Shown here one piece after another: positions 1 through 10,089 of a stretch of DNA of 32,000 nt (position 1 is the first letter of the stretch; each line of letters opens with the position of its first letter). The stretch comes from Mycolicibacterium smegmatis (GTDB lineage Bacteria > Actinomycetota > Actinomycetes > Mycobacteriales > Mycobacteriaceae). Under the pieces are notes generated by a model. That model was not told the origin of the DNA. It searched no databases and worked only from the letters and a program-made list of their open reading frames with translations. The stretch lies in the NCBI RefSeq assembly GCF_001457595.1, contig NZ_LN831039.1:2910001-2942000 (forward strand), written 5' to 3'. Position numbers and translations under genes: made by a program.

Positions 1-1
1 C

Positions 2-250
2 GTCGAGGACAACGGTCTGCACGGCGGCATCGGGTCGTCGGTGTCGGCCGCGCTGCGGCACGCCGAGATCGACGTGCCGTGCCGTGACGTCGGTGTACCG
101 CAACAGTTCCAGGACCACGCGTCACGCGGTGAGGTGCTCGCCGAGGTCGGCCTGACCGATCGTCACATCGCCCGGCAGATCACCGGGTGGGTGGCCGCGA
201 TCGGCACCCGCTCGGCCGCCGAGGACGAAGTCGGGCAGACGCTCGACTAG
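2..250 (+). CDS. dxs: 1-deoxy-D-xylulose-5-phosphate synthase, C-terminal fragment (gene begins upstream of window)
   Basis: The frame is open from nt 2 and reads [51 protein letters not shown]..., a typical Dxs C-terminal tail. Stop at 248-250. The neighbourhood (rnd, hemE) matches the mycobacterial dxs1 locus. Confidence 0.85.
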
Positions 251-287
251 CAGCCCTCGGGCTCCTCGCGGCCAGTAGGCTGCCGAG

Positions 288-1202
288 ATGCACGATGAAC
301 TGCAGCGCTGGAAAGACGCCGGGCAGTACTTCGACTACCTGGGATTCGACATCTTCTACCGGGTCGACGGCGTGGCGCCGGGCACCGGGCCGAATCTGCT
401 TCTCATCCACGGATATCCGTTCAACTCGTGGGACTGGTCGCTGATCTGGCCCACGCTGACGCAGCGGTTCACCGTGATCGCCCCGGACATGATCGGCATG
501 GGGTTCTCGGACAAACCGGTGGCCTACGAATACCGCGTCACCGACCACGCCGACATCCACGAGGCGCTGCTCGCGCACCTCGGGATCACCAGCACGCACA
601 TCCTCGCCCACGATCTCGGTGACTCGGTGGGGCAGGAGATGCTGGCCCGTCACGAATTCGGCGGTCAGGCGTACGGCGGTTTCCAGATCGAATCCGTCAC
701 GTGGCTCAACGGGGGACTGTTCAACGAGGCCTACCGGCCCCGCCTGATGCAGAAGGTCATGTCGCGAACACCGTTGGGCGACATCCTCAGTCCACTGCAG
801 GGGTCACCGCTGTCACGGCGGGTCTTCGAGTCGACCCTCGACCAGATGTTCGGAGTGAACACCAAGCCGTCGCGCGAGATGATCGAGAAGTTCCATCAGA
901 TCCTCGACCACAACGACGGAAAACGCGTGCTGCACAAGGTCGGACGATTCGTCACCGATCGCTACACCCACCGCAACCGGTGGGTGCGCGCGATGCGTGA
1001 GACGTCGGTGCCGATGCGGTTGATCGACGGGCCGTCGGATCCGAACTCGGGCCGCCACATGGCACAGCGCTATCTCGAGGTCATCCCGGATCCCGACGTC
1101 GTGATGCTCGCCGACGACATCGCCCACTGGCCGCAGATCGAGGCGCCGGACGCTGTGCTCGCACACTTCCTGGAGCACATCGACCGCGTCGTCGCGCTCT
1201 GA
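288..1202 (+). CDS. alpha/beta-fold hydrolase, epoxide-hydrolase/MEST-like subgroup
   Basis: 304-aa ORF with an HGYP oxyanion motif (LLLIHGYPFNSWDW) and an Asp-type nucleophile elbow (AHDLGDS). Third codon positions are G/C-rich. Confidence 0.85.
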   Translation: MHDELQRWKDAGQYFDYLGFDIFYRVDGVAPGTGPNLLLIHGYPFNSWDWSLIWPTLTQRFTVIAPDMIGMGFSDKPVAYEYRVTDHADIHEALLAHLGITSTHILAHDLGDSVGQEMLARHEFGGQAYGGFQIESVTWLNGGLFNEAYRPRLMQKVMSRTPLGDILSPLQGSPLSRRVFESTLDQMFGVNTKPSREMIEKFHQILDHNDGKRVLHKVGRFVTDRYTHRNRWVRAMRETSVPMRLIDGPSDPNSGRHMAQRYLEVIPDPDVVMLADDIAHWPQIEAPDAVLAHFLEHIDRVVAL

Positions 1203-1229
1203 AACCGGTTTGAATCCGGCCGGCCTGCA

Positions 1230-2477
1230 TCAGTTCTCGGCCAGCGCGACGGTGAGCACCGGCACGGTGAGCTCGCGCTGCCACGGCCGCACCTGGTTGT
1301 CGACCAGGAATTCCTCGACGGTCGACGCGACGTCGGCCACGGGTTGCCAGTCCCAGCACAGCCGGCGCACCACCTCGGGGGTGATCAGGTTCTCGGCCGG
1401 CACCGAAACGCGTTCGGACAGTTCGGCCAGGCCGGCACGGGCCGCCTCCAGGCGTGCGGCGGCCTCGGGTTTGCGCCGTGCCCAGCGCGCCGCGGGCGGC
1501 GGGCCGTTGGACGCCTCTGACGCCGACGGCGGATCGGGGTTCTGTCGCGCGCGGTTGAGGGCGTCCAGCCAGACCTGGGCGCTGCGCCGCTGCTTGGCGC
1601 CGCCGAACACCGGGAGCGCGGTGAGTTCCGCGGTGGTCTTGGGGTCGACGGTGGCCGCGTTGATGATCGCGGCGTCGGGCAGGATCCGGCCGGGGGCGAT
1701 GTCACGGCTGCGGGCGATGTTGTCCCGCGTGGTCCACAGCTCGCGGACCGCGGCCAGCGCCCGCGGGTTGCGCACCTTGTGGATGCCCGACGTGCGCCGC
1801 CACCGGTCCCGGCGCGTCGGTTGCGCGACGTAGGTGCGCAGGTGCTCGAATTCCTGTGCAGCCCATTCGGTCTTGCCCTGCTCTTCGAGCACCGCGGCGA
1901 TCGCGTGGCGCAACTCCAGCAGCACCTCGACATCCAGCGCCGCATAGTTGAGCCACTCGTCGGGCAGCGGACGCTTGGACCAGTCGGCCGCGCCGTGGCC
2001 CTTCATGAGCTGCAGCCCCAGCAGTCGCTGGACCATCGCCGCGAGGTTGACGCGTTCGAACCCGGCAAGCCGGCCCGCCAGTTCGGTGTCGTACAGCTTG
2101 CCCGGACGCAGACCGATCTCGGCCAGACACGGCAGATCCTGATCCGCGGCGTGCAGCACCCATTCGTCGTCGGCCAGGGTCTGCGCGACGGGCTCGAGCG
2201 TGTCGATCGGCGAGCCGCCGTGGTTGACCGGGTCGATCAGTGCGGTGCCTGCCCCGGCGCGGCGGATCTGCACCAGGTACGCGCGGTTGGAGTACCGGAA
2301 ACCCGACGCGCGTTCGGCATCGATCGCGAACGGACCGCTACCACCCGCCAGCTGACGTGCGGCCGCGGCGATCTCGTCGGCGCTGACGCAGAGTTCGGGG
2401 ACGCCTTCGGCGGGGGTCAGAAGCGGTGTCGCTTCTGCCTCCTCCACATCGGCAGGTTCGGTATCCCCTTGGGTCAT
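1230..2477 (-). CDS. rnd: RNase D-like 3'-5' exonuclease with HRDC domain (Rv2681-like)
   Basis: The ORF track gives 1230..2741. The N-terminal 88 aa are Arg-rich junk, so I start at ATG 2477 (MTQGDTEPADVEE...). The sequence FAIDAERASGFRYSNRAYLVQIRR...LHAADQDLPCL is a DEDD exonuclease core, followed by an HRDC-like C-terminus. Confidence 0.85.
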   Translation of the reverse strand: MTQGDTEPADVEEAEATPLLTPAEGVPELCVSADEIAAAARQLAGGSGPFAIDAERASGFRYSNRAYLVQIRRAGAGTALIDPVNHGGSPIDTLEPVAQTLADDEWVLHAADQDLPCLAEIGLRPGKLYDTELAGRLAGFERVNLAAMVQRLLGLQLMKGHGAADWSKRPLPDEWLNYAALDVEVLLELRHAIAAVLEEQGKTEWAAQEFEHLRTYVAQPTRRDRWRRTSGIHKVRNPRALAAVRELWTTRDNIARSRDIAPGRILPDAAIINAATVDPKTTAELTALPVFGGAKQRRSAQVWLDALNRARQNPDPPSASEASNGPPPAARWARRKPEAAARLEAARAGLAELSERVSVPAENLITPEVVRRLCWDWQPVADVASTVEEFLVDNQVRPWQRELTVPVLTVALAEN

Positions 2478-2479
2478 CT

Positions 2480-3091
2480 CTATGCGCGGGTACGGGAACT
2501 CAAGTCGGTGACGCCGGCTGGTGGCAGTCCGGCGGCGTGCTCGAGCACTTCGCAGAACGCTTCCACGTGCGGGCCGAGTTCCAGCGTCGTCGCCGTCCAC
2601 GACGCGCGCAACTCCAGCTGGTGGGCGCGCGGTGGGCCGGCGATGTCGCCGTAGCGCACGGATGTGGTCGCGGTGACCGTGCCGCCCAGTGCGGTGACCT
2701 GGTTGGCGCGCGCATCGAGCGCGTCCACCAGCCAGCTCCACGCCACCTCGGGCAACAGCGGGTCCACGGCCTCACTGGAGTCCAGATCGGCCTGGATGTA
2801 GGCGACCAGGCGCATCGTGCCGTCCCACGCCTCGGCGCCGTCCGGGTCGTGCAGCAGGATGAGCCGTCCGAAGGCGTCGCCCTCGGAGCGTTCGGGAACT
2901 ATCGCGGTGTCCGGATGCCGGACCTCGGCGCCCAGGGCATAGCTGTACGGCGCCAGCCGCTGCGGCGGGCGGATCGGGCCCAGCTCGATTTCCGGCCGTA
3001 CGGTGGTGGCATTCATCGCCGCCACCGCCGTCCGGAACTGTGCCGGTTCGGCAGAGGTCACGGCGTTTGACGCTAGTCCATCTGGGCACAA
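2480..3091 (-). CDS. DUF3000-like conserved actinobacterial protein (Rv2680-like)
   Basis: 203-aa ORF whose stop lies 2 nt upstream of the rnd start, suggesting an operon. An alternative GTG start at 3061 is possible. The call rests on synteny and general resemblance only. Confidence 0.7.
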   Translation of the reverse strand: MCPDGLASNAVTSAEPAQFRTAVAAMNATTVRPEIELGPIRPPQRLAPYSYALGAEVRHPDTAIVPERSEGDAFGRLILLHDPDGAEAWDGTMRLVAYIQADLDSSEAVDPLLPEVAWSWLVDALDARANQVTALGGTVTATTSVRYGDIAGPPRAHQLELRASWTATTLELGPHVEAFCEVLEHAAGLPPAGVTDLSSRTRA

Positions 3092-3182
3092 CAGGGGACA
3101 GGCGCGCCGTAACGACCTTCATCGAAGGTGAAGACGAGCGCGTCACACCAGGGAAAATTCGCTCGTGGCACGATAGGACGCG

Positions 3183-4244
3183 ATGAATACCCGCCGTGAG
3201 CTGCCCGAGTCGCCCTATTTGGCCGCCGCAAGCGGCCGCAGCCCACACCGCGTGCCGGTGTGGTTCATGCGGCAGGCCGGCCGGTCGCTGCCCGAGTACC
3301 GGGAGCTGCGCGCCCAGCACAGGATGTTGCAGGCCTGCTTCGACGCCGAGCTGGTGTGCGAGATCACCATGCAGCCGGTCCGCAGGCACAAGGTGGACGC
3401 GGCCATCCTGTTCTCCGACATCGTCGTGCCGCTCAAGGCCGCGGGTATCGGGCTCGACATCGTGCCCGACGTCGGGCCGGTCATCGACAACCCCATCCGC
3501 ACGCTCGGCGACGTGCAGGCCATGCCGGCGCTGGAGTCTCCCCAGGTGGCCCCGGTCGCCGAGGCCGTGAGGCTGCTGACCGCCGAACTGGGCGACGTCC
3601 CGCTGATCGGCTTCGCAGGCGCCCCGTTCACGTTGGCCTCCTACCTGGTGGAGGGCGGTCCCAGCCGCCACCACGAGCGCACCAAGGCGATGATGCTGGG
3701 GGAGAGCTCGACCTGGCACGCCCTGATGACGGCGCTGACGGATCTGACCATCGCGTTCCTGCAGGCGCAGGTGGACGCGGGCGTGGACGCGTTGCAGGTG
3801 TTCGACTCGTGGGCCGGGACGCTGTCGCTGACCGACTACCGCGAGTACGTGCTCCCGCACAGCAGCCGCGTGTTCGCGACCATGGCGGCCGCCGGTGTCC
3901 CGATGACGCACTTCGGCGTCGGCACGGCCGAACTGCTCGGCGCCATGTCGGAGGCCCTGGCCCCGGGTGCGGCCCGGGTCGTCGGCGTGGACTGGCGGAC
4001 CTCACTGGCCGATGCCGCGGCGCGGGTGCTTCCCGGCGCCGCGCTGCAGGGCAACCTCGACCCGGTGGTGCTGCTGGCGGGCTGGCCTGTGGTCGAGAAA
4101 GCGGTGCGTCGCGTCGTCGAGGACGGCAGGGCCGCGGTCGCGGCGGGCGCCGCCGGACACATCTTCAATCTGGGCCACGGTGTGCTGCCCGCGACCGATC
4201 CGGGCATCATCACCGACGCGGTGGAGTTGGTGCACTCGCTGTGA
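3183..4244 (+). CDS. hemE: uroporphyrinogen decarboxylase
   Basis: 353 aa. The N-terminus [19 protein letters not shown] and the C-terminus [10 protein letters not shown] are hallmark HemE motifs. Confidence 0.95.
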   Translation: MNTRRELPESPYLAAASGRSPHRVPVWFMRQAGRSLPEYRELRAQHRMLQACFDAELVCEITMQPVRRHKVDAAILFSDIVVPLKAAGIGLDIVPDVGPVIDNPIRTLGDVQAMPALESPQVAPVAEAVRLLTAELGDVPLIGFAGAPFTLASYLVEGGPSRHHERTKAMMLGESSTWHALMTALTDLTIAFLQAQVDAGVDALQVFDSWAGTLSLTDYREYVLPHSSRVFATMAAAGVPMTHFGVGTAELLGAMSEALAPGAARVVGVDWRTSLADAAARVLPGAALQGNLDPVVLLAGWPVVEKAVRRVVEDGRAAVAAGAAGHIFNLGHGVLPATDPGIITDAVELVHSL

Positions 4245-4246
4245 CC

Positions 4247-5602
4247 ATGCGGTTCTGCGTCGTCGGCGGCGGGATCTCCGGCCTCGTCGCCGCTTACCGC
4301 TTGCGCCGGGCCGCGGGTCCGCACGCCGACATCACGCTGCTCGACCCGGCCGACCGTCTCGGCGGGATCCTGCGCACCGAGCGCGTCGGCGGGCAATGGC
4401 TCGACGTCGGCGCGGAGGCGTTCGTCGCGCGTCGGCCCGAGATGCCCGCGCTGCTGGCGGAACTCGGCCTGGCCGGACGGCAGATCGCGACCTCCGGTGC
4501 GCGTCCGCTGATCTACAGCGGTGCGCGGCTGCACCCGCTGCCGCAGGGCACCCTGCAGGGCATCCCGGCGCAGGCGTCGTCGCTGCTGGGTCTGGTCGAC
4601 GACGCGACGGTCGCGCAGATCATCGACGAACGTGCGCGCCCGTTCGCGTGGCGGCCGGGATCCGATCCGTCGGTCGCCGACGTCGTGGGCGACCGGTTCG
4701 GGATGCAGGTCGTGTACCGCTCGGTCGACCCGCTGCTGACCGGGGTGTACGCCGGGTCCTCGGCGACCATCGGATTGCGTTCTGCGGTACCGACCCTGGC
4801 CGCGGCGCTGGACCGCGGCGCCCCCAGCCTGACCGACGCCGTGCGTGACGCGCTGCCGCCGCCGGTCACCGGCTCGGTCTTCGGCGCGCTCGACGGCGGC
4901 TACCGCGTGCTGCTGGAGGAACTGCAGCGCCGCGCCGCCGTGCGCTGGGCGCAGGTCACCGCTGTGCGCGTCGATCGTGACGCCAACGGCTGGCTGGTGT
5001 TCGACGACGAGGGCACGAACTGGAACGCCGACGGTGTGGTGCTGGCCGTGCCCGCACCGGCCCTGCCGGCCCTGATCGAGCACGTCGCGCCGAGGACGGC
5101 CGCGGCCGCGCGCCGGATCAGGGTGGCGTCGGCGGCGGTGGTGGCGCTCGCGCTTCCCGGCGGGACGCCGATCCCGCAGCAGTCGGGCGTGCTGGTGGCC
5201 ACCGGCGAGGCGGGCAGCCTCAACGCCAAGGCCGTGACCCTGTCGTCACGCAAGTGGGGCCGGCGCGGCAATGTCGAACTGCTGCGGTTGTCGTTCGGTC
5301 GCTACGGCGACGATCTCGCCCGCAGCACGGGCGACGAGGATCTGCTGGCGTGGTCGACGCGCGATCTGAACACGCTGTTCGGCATCACGGTCGACCCCGT
5401 CGACTGGCACATCCAGCGGTGGATCGACGCCATGCCGCAGTACGGCCCGGGCCACCTGGATCTGGTGGCCGAACTGCGTGCGGGACTGCCGCCGAATCTC
5501 GCGGTGACGGGCAGTTATCTCGACGGCATCGGGGTCCCGGCATGTGTGGGCGCGGCCACCCGAGCGGCCCTGACGCTGGTGAAAACCGGCGTGGCACGAT
5601 AG
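4247..5602 (+). CDS. hemY: protoporphyrinogen/coproporphyrinogen III oxidase (HemY/CgoX type, FAD)
   Basis: [19 protein letters not shown] is a dinucleotide-binding GxGxxG motif. The gene starts 3 nt after the hemE stop; an in-frame GTG at 4241 would overlap it. The ORF-track entry 3260..5602 is an artefactual 5' extension. Confidence 0.9.
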   Translation: MRFCVVGGGISGLVAAYRLRRAAGPHADITLLDPADRLGGILRTERVGGQWLDVGAEAFVARRPEMPALLAELGLAGRQIATSGARPLIYSGARLHPLPQGTLQGIPAQASSLLGLVDDATVAQIIDERARPFAWRPGSDPSVADVVGDRFGMQVVYRSVDPLLTGVYAGSSATIGLRSAVPTLAAALDRGAPSLTDAVRDALPPPVTGSVFGALDGGYRVLLEELQRRAAVRWAQVTAVRVDRDANGWLVFDDEGTNWNADGVVLAVPAPALPALIEHVAPRTAAAARRIRVASAAVVALALPGGTPIPQQSGVLVATGEAGSLNAKAVTLSSRKWGRRGNVELLRLSFGRYGDDLARSTGDEDLLAWSTRDLNTLFGITVDPVDWHIQRWIDAMPQYGPGHLDLVAELRAGLPPNLAVTGSYLDGIGVPACVGAATRAALTLVKTGVAR

Positions 5603-5606
5603 GCCT

Positions 5607-6302
5607 ATGGCCAAGCTCGATTTCGACGCACTCAACTCCACCATCCGGTACCTGATGTTCTCGGTGTTCGCCGTTGCCCCCGGTGAACTGGGCGAGGACC
5701 GCGCCGACGTGATCGACGAGGCCGCCACGTTCCTCAAGCAGCAGGAGGACAAGGGCGTCGTGGTGCGGGGCCTCTACGACGTCGCGGGCCTGCGTGCCGA
5801 CGCCGACTTCATGATCTGGACGCACGCCGACAACGTCGAGGCGCTGCAGTCCACGTACTCCGACTTCCGCCGCACCACCGCGCTGGGCCGGATCAGCGAC
5901 CCGGTGTGGAGCAGCGTCGCGCTGCACCGGCCCGCCGAGTTCAACAAGAGCCACATCCCGGCGTTCCTCGCCGGTGAGGAGCCCGGCAACTACATCTGCG
6001 TGTATCCGTTCGTGCGCTCGTACGAGTGGTACCTGCTTCCCGACGAGGAGCGCCGCCGCATGCTCTCCGAGCATGGCATGGCCGCCCGTGGCTACAAGGA
6101 TGTGCGGGCCAACACCGTGCCTGCGTTCGCACTCGGCGACTACGAGTGGATCCTGGCGTTCGAGGCGCCCGAACTGCACCGCATCGTCGACCTGATGCGC
6201 GACCTGCGGGCCACCGACGCGCGTCGCCACACCCGCGAGGAGACGCCGTTCTTCACCGGCCCGCGCATCAGCGTGGAGAACCTGATCGCCAAGCTGCCCT
6301 AG
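5607..6302 (+). CDS. hemQ: coproheme decarboxylase / chlorite-dismutase-like heme synthase (Rv2676c-like)
   Basis: 231 aa, 4 nt after hemY. It reads as chlorite-dismutase family (YLMFSVFAV...FMIWTHA...[14 protein letters not shown]). This is the third gene of the hemE-hemY-hemQ cluster. Confidence 0.9.
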   Translation: MAKLDFDALNSTIRYLMFSVFAVAPGELGEDRADVIDEAATFLKQQEDKGVVVRGLYDVAGLRADADFMIWTHADNVEALQSTYSDFRRTTALGRISDPVWSSVALHRPAEFNKSHIPAFLAGEEPGNYICVYPFVRSYEWYLLPDEERRRMLSEHGMAARGYKDVRANTVPAFALGDYEWILAFEAPELHRIVDLMRDLRATDARRHTREETPFFTGPRISVENLIAKLP

Positions 6303-6333
6303 TTACCGGGTTTTCGGGCATCCGTCCGTCATC

Positions 6334-6654
6334 ATGGTGGCCGTGAAGACACACGTTTTGCTCGTCGCGGCCATCGCGGCGGGTGCGCTGGCAACGGCGC
6401 CGGTCGGTTTCGCGCAGGCACCCGATGTCGAGCGGTGTGACCCGCAGGCCGGTCAGGTCATCGACATCGTCGCCGGCGACATCGACTGCGTCACGGCGTC
6501 GCACTTCGCGGCGCAGTACAACCCCATGGGCGAGAAGTACCAGGAAATCGGGCCGTTCACGTGCTACTCGGGCACCGCGGCATCGGCGCCGCTGCTGTTC
6601 CAGTGCGTCTCCGACCTCGAGGGCGGCACCGAGTTCGCGGTCTATCCGGCCTAG
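6334..6654 (+). CDS. small secreted Cys-containing hypothetical protein
   Basis: 106 aa with a Sec-type signal peptide (MVAVKTHVLLVAAIAAGALATAPVGFAQA|P). The mature part has 4 Cys. No family recognised. Confidence 0.6.
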   Translation: MVAVKTHVLLVAAIAAGALATAPVGFAQAPDVERCDPQAGQVIDIVAGDIDCVTASHFAAQYNPMGEKYQEIGPFTCYSGTAASAPLLFQCVSDLEGGTEFAVYPA

Positions 6655-6701
6655 TTCTCGTCGACATTCCTGCGTCGATATCGCGCGAACTCAGCGGCGA
6701 T

Positions 6702-7115
6702 TCACTCCGCGGGGACCAGGCGCAGCGAGATCGAGTTGATGCAGTAGCGCTTGTCGGTCGGCGTCGGGTACCCCTCGCCCTCGAAGACGTGGCCGAGGTG
6801 GCTGTGGCAGTTGGCGCACAGCACCTCCACGCGGCGCATACCGAGCGAGTCGTCGGGCCGCAGGATCACCGCGTCGGAGTCGGCCGGGTCGAAGAATGAC
6901 GGCCACCCGCAGTGCGATTCGAACTTCTCACTGCTGCGGAACAGTTCGGCGCCGCACGCCCGGCACTGGTAGACGCCCTCAGTCTTGGTGTCGGTGTACT
7001 CGCCGGTGAAGGGGCGCTCGGTGCCCGCCCGGCGCAGCACGGCGAACTCCTGGGGCGTGAGCTTCTCGCGCCATTCGTCGTCGGTGAGGGAAAGCTTGGG
7101 GGCAGGGATCGTCAT
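6702..7115 (-). CDS. msrB: peptide-methionine (R)-S-oxide reductase
   Basis: 137 aa with two CxxC pairs (CRACGAELF, CANCHSHLGHVF) and a GWPSF motif, typical of MsrB/SelR. Confidence 0.95.
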   Translation of the reverse strand: MTIPAPKLSLTDDEWREKLTPQEFAVLRRAGTERPFTGEYTDTKTEGVYQCRACGAELFRSSEKFESHCGWPSFFDPADSDAVILRPDDSLGMRRVEVLCANCHSHLGHVFEGEGYPTPTDKRYCINSISLRLVPAE

Positions 7116-7166
7116 GTCCCCAAATTACGTGCGCGAGAGGAAGCGCGCCAGAACCACCGCGCGTGC

Positions 7167-8459
7167 TCACACGGGGGCAGGCGTGCGTTCCCTGGCCATC
7201 CACGGCGGGTCGATGCCCTGGTCGAGGCGGCCGTCCTGTTTGGCGTCGAGGTAGCGGAAGTACAGCACGCAGAACACCACCACCAGCATGAGCGACCAGC
7301 CGTAGGTGATCTTCATGTACTCCAGGAAGCGTCCGGTGGTCGGCCAGTGCCCCAGCAGCCAGCGGTCCATGGTCATGAACCCGTAGATCGCCAGCCACGC
7401 CGGCCAGTTGCGCAGCACCGAGTTCGGCAGCACCACCGTCATCAGGAACGGGAACAGCATCGTCGAGTAGTAGCCCTGGCCAAGGGACAGCAGCAGGAAC
7501 GATGCGGTCAGCAGCACGCCCGAGGACGTCAGCAGCCAGAACCGCGGATCGCGTTCACGGTAGTACCGGTACAGCAGCCACAGGCTGCCGACGGCCAGCA
7601 GCAGGAACACCACGCGCAGCAGCAGGATCAGCCACATGGGCAGGCCGTAGTAGATGCCGTTGCCCACGATCGAGGAGTTGAAGTAGTCGCGCGTCGACAT
7701 GATGTAGGGGACCGTGTGGCGCACGAAGTTCATCGGGTCCGGCACCAGCGGCCACGCGGCGATGTTGAACACCAGCGGCACACCGAACGCGGTGATCAGT
7801 GTGTAGAACTGCCGGTTGAGTACCGGCAGCAGCAGAAGTGGCGCCAGCGACGGTTTCACCACCAGGGTCAGGCCGATGGCCGCTCCGGCGAGCAGTTCGG
7901 CGTTGCGTCCGCCCTTGAGCAGCCAACGGAAGAACAACACCGCGCCCAGCAGCATGCAGCCGTTGATGTTGGTGAAAACCAGTGTGTTGGTGACCGATTC
8001 GGTGCAGAACATGGCCAGCACCAGGGCCGGGGCAGCCACCGAGGACAACGTGTAGTCGAAGATCCGCAGCATCAGATAGGCCGCGATCAGGAACGCCAGC
8101 ACGTTGAAACTGATGTACCAGTAGCGCGACGCGTCGACCGGCAGGTAGCCGAACGGCGCCAGCAGCAGCGTCCCGCCGGGCGGGTACAGGTAGTGCGGGT
8201 CGACGTGGTCGAACTGCTCGTTGTAGATGTCGAGCCCGAGCTTGAAGTTGATCACCGCGCGGTACACCGGGCCGAAGTCGTCGGTGATGTAGCCGTTGGT
8301 GCCCAGCACGTAGCTGCGGTGGATCACCGACAGGATCGCGATCGGCCACAGCACCGAGCGCAACACCGTGGCGGTGCTCGGCGCAGAGGTGCGGGGGCGG
8401 AACGCGTTCAGGAGCTTCGTGGTGATGGAGTCTGTCGCCGTCACCAGCGCACAGTACAC
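7167..8459 (-). CDS. aftC: GT-C family arabinofuranosyltransferase AftC (Rv2673-like)
   Basis: 430-aa polytopic membrane protein with N-terminus MYCALVTATDSITTKLLNAFRPRTSAPSTATVLRS... It lies between msrB and the Rv2672-like gene, as in other mycobacteria. Confidence 0.85.
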   Translation of the reverse strand: MYCALVTATDSITTKLLNAFRPRTSAPSTATVLRSVLWPIAILSVIHRSYVLGTNGYITDDFGPVYRAVINFKLGLDIYNEQFDHVDPHYLYPPGGTLLLAPFGYLPVDASRYWYISFNVLAFLIAAYLMLRIFDYTLSSVAAPALVLAMFCTESVTNTLVFTNINGCMLLGAVLFFRWLLKGGRNAELLAGAAIGLTLVVKPSLAPLLLLPVLNRQFYTLITAFGVPLVFNIAAWPLVPDPMNFVRHTVPYIMSTRDYFNSSIVGNGIYYGLPMWLILLLRVVFLLLAVGSLWLLYRYYRERDPRFWLLTSSGVLLTASFLLLSLGQGYYSTMLFPFLMTVVLPNSVLRNWPAWLAIYGFMTMDRWLLGHWPTTGRFLEYMKITYGWSLMLVVVFCVLYFRYLDAKQDGRLDQGIDPPWMARERTPAPV

Positions 8460-8480
8460 CGGCGCCGATCTCGCCAGACG

Positions 8481-10061
8481 TCAGGCAGGACAGTACGTGT
8501 CGGTCTCGGGCAGTTTGCCGTTGTCGAGGTATGAGGTCACGGGCGCTATCGCGCACGTGTCGTAGATGCTCGCGCCGTGCCCGATGCCCTGCCAGATCAC
8601 CCGCCGGTTGTTGGCGCCCGCGTTGATGATCGTGGCGGCCACCGCGGCAACGCCTTCGTTGCCGACGATCGGGTCGTTCTGCACGCCGAGCAGCAGCACC
8701 GGAACGGGCAGTTCCTTGGGGTCCTGCGGCGCCGACCCGCTGGGCCAGTTGAGGCACTGCACCAGGCTCAGTGCGCCGACGGCACCGAACTGCGGGTAGA
8801 GCTTGCCCCACGCGACGACGAGTTCGCGGACCCGGTCGGGGGTCGGCCGGTTCAGCGCGTCGCTGCACGAGTTTACGAAATGCCCGTCGGTGAGGCGCGT
8901 GGTCTCGGTCTCGGCGATGAGGTCGGTCAGCGGATTGGGGTCGCCGTCGCGTGCGGCGGCGAGGGTGCGCGCGAGTTCTGCCGTCGCGGTCACGCGGTCG
9001 CCCCGCGGGAAGCCCAGCGCGGTGGTGATCGCGTCGACGACGGTCGCCACCGACGCGCCACCCGGCCCGCGGCCGGCCCTGGCGTCGGCGAGCAGCGAAT
9101 CCACCGCGGCTTTGGGGTCGGGGCCCAGCGGGCAGCCCGTGGCGACGCATTGCGCGGCGAACGCGTCGAGTGCGGCCTGCTGGCCTTTGACGCGCTGCTC
9201 GGCGGCAGCCTCGGCGCCGATCGCCAGGGGCAGGGGCGAGTCGAGCACCAGCCGCGACACCTTGGTGGGGTGCGCGCCCGCGTAGGCCAGCGCGACCTGC
9301 GCGCCGTTTCCGACTCCCAGCAGCGCGAGCGTCGGGACGTCCCACGTGCTGCGCAGGCGTTCCAGGTCCTCGGCCGCGTGGGCGTTGTCGTACGCCGAGT
9401 CGCCGGGGGCGATGGTGTCGGTGCAGCTGGTGGTCGCCGTCATGGTGATCGAGCCCAGGTTGGCCACGGGGTCGTTGCCCGACTGGAACTGCGCCTGGTC
9501 CAGCATCTCCTGGCGGTCGTACAGGTCGCGGCAGTCGATCGCACCGGACATCCCCGTGCCGCGCCGGTCCACTGCCACGATGGGATGCGCCTTGAGCACG
9601 TCGGCTCCTGTGCGCGACAACCACGCGGGCAGCTGAATCGACGATGCGATGTCGGATCCGGTGGTCATCACGATCGGGCCCGCGTCGTCGGGGGTGTCGG
9701 CGGCCTTTGCCCGCACGACACCGATCTGCAGGGTGCCCGACGCGCCTTCGAGCGGGTCGAGGTCGGCGTCGTAGTTCGCGCAGTCCAGGGTGACGCCAGG
9801 GATGGCGGGCACGCCGGCGTCGCCGAACACGCGAGAGGTGCAGTCGCGCCACGACAGATCGCTCTTGGGGGTCTCGATCGACGGCGGCCCGGAGGGCTCG
9901 GCGCTGGTGGTTTCCGGCTGTCCCTGCGGATGCGCACCGGAATCCGTGGCGTAACGCGGGTCCGCGGCGAACATCGGTGTGCACGCGGTGAGCACTGCCA
10001 GTGACATCACGGGGACCACCACGCCCGACACGCGCAGGGCCCGCACCAGCTGATCACGCAT
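8481..10061 (-). CDS. secreted lipoprotein, TAP-like alpha/beta hydrolase (Rv2672-like)
   Basis: I prefer the start at ATG 10061 (MRDQLVRALRVSGVVVPVMSLAVLTAC, lipobox LTAC). The ORF-track start 10097 is a GTG overlapping the upstream gene. DRRGTGMSG, LVLDSP and the C-terminal GIGHG match the tripeptidyl-aminopeptidase-like family. See the finding on the nucleophile elbow. Confidence 0.8.
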   Translation of the reverse strand: MRDQLVRALRVSGVVVPVMSLAVLTACTPMFAADPRYATDSGAHPQGQPETTSAEPSGPPSIETPKSDLSWRDCTSRVFGDAGVPAIPGVTLDCANYDADLDPLEGASGTLQIGVVRAKAADTPDDAGPIVMTTGSDIASSIQLPAWLSRTGADVLKAHPIVAVDRRGTGMSGAIDCRDLYDRQEMLDQAQFQSGNDPVANLGSITMTATTSCTDTIAPGDSAYDNAHAAEDLERLRSTWDVPTLALLGVGNGAQVALAYAGAHPTKVSRLVLDSPLPLAIGAEAAAEQRVKGQQAALDAFAAQCVATGCPLGPDPKAAVDSLLADARAGRGPGGASVATVVDAITTALGFPRGDRVTATAELARTLAAARDGDPNPLTDLIAETETTRLTDGHFVNSCSDALNRPTPDRVRELVVAWGKLYPQFGAVGALSLVQCLNWPSGSAPQDPKELPVPVLLLGVQNDPIVGNEGVAAVAATIINAGANNRRVIWQGIGHGASIYDTCAIAPVTSYLDNGKLPETDTYCPA

Positions 10062-10089
10062 GGGCACCACAGTAGCGATCGGCTCCGGG

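Noticed and set aside
2478-2741. N-terminal extension of the rnd ORF
   Set aside because: It overlaps the DUF3000 gene. The translation is Arg-rich, and a clean ATG at 2477 follows the upstream stop by 2 nt.
3260-4246. 5' part of the 780-aa ORF 3260..5602, which would fuse extra sequence onto HemY
   Set aside because: It overlaps hemE in another frame. Its translation is Arg/Gly/Pro-rich junk. The GxGxxG FAD motif begins right after ATG 4247.
6912-8534. 540-aa plus-strand ORF antisense to msrB and aftC
   Set aside because: It is a His/Gln/Arg-rich low-complexity translation, antisense to two genes with clear family motifs.
7555-9984. 809-aa minus-strand ORF
   Set aside because: The composition is Arg/Pro/Gly-dominated. 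It overlaps aftC and the Rv2672-like gene out of frame. This is a typical high-GC shadow ORF.
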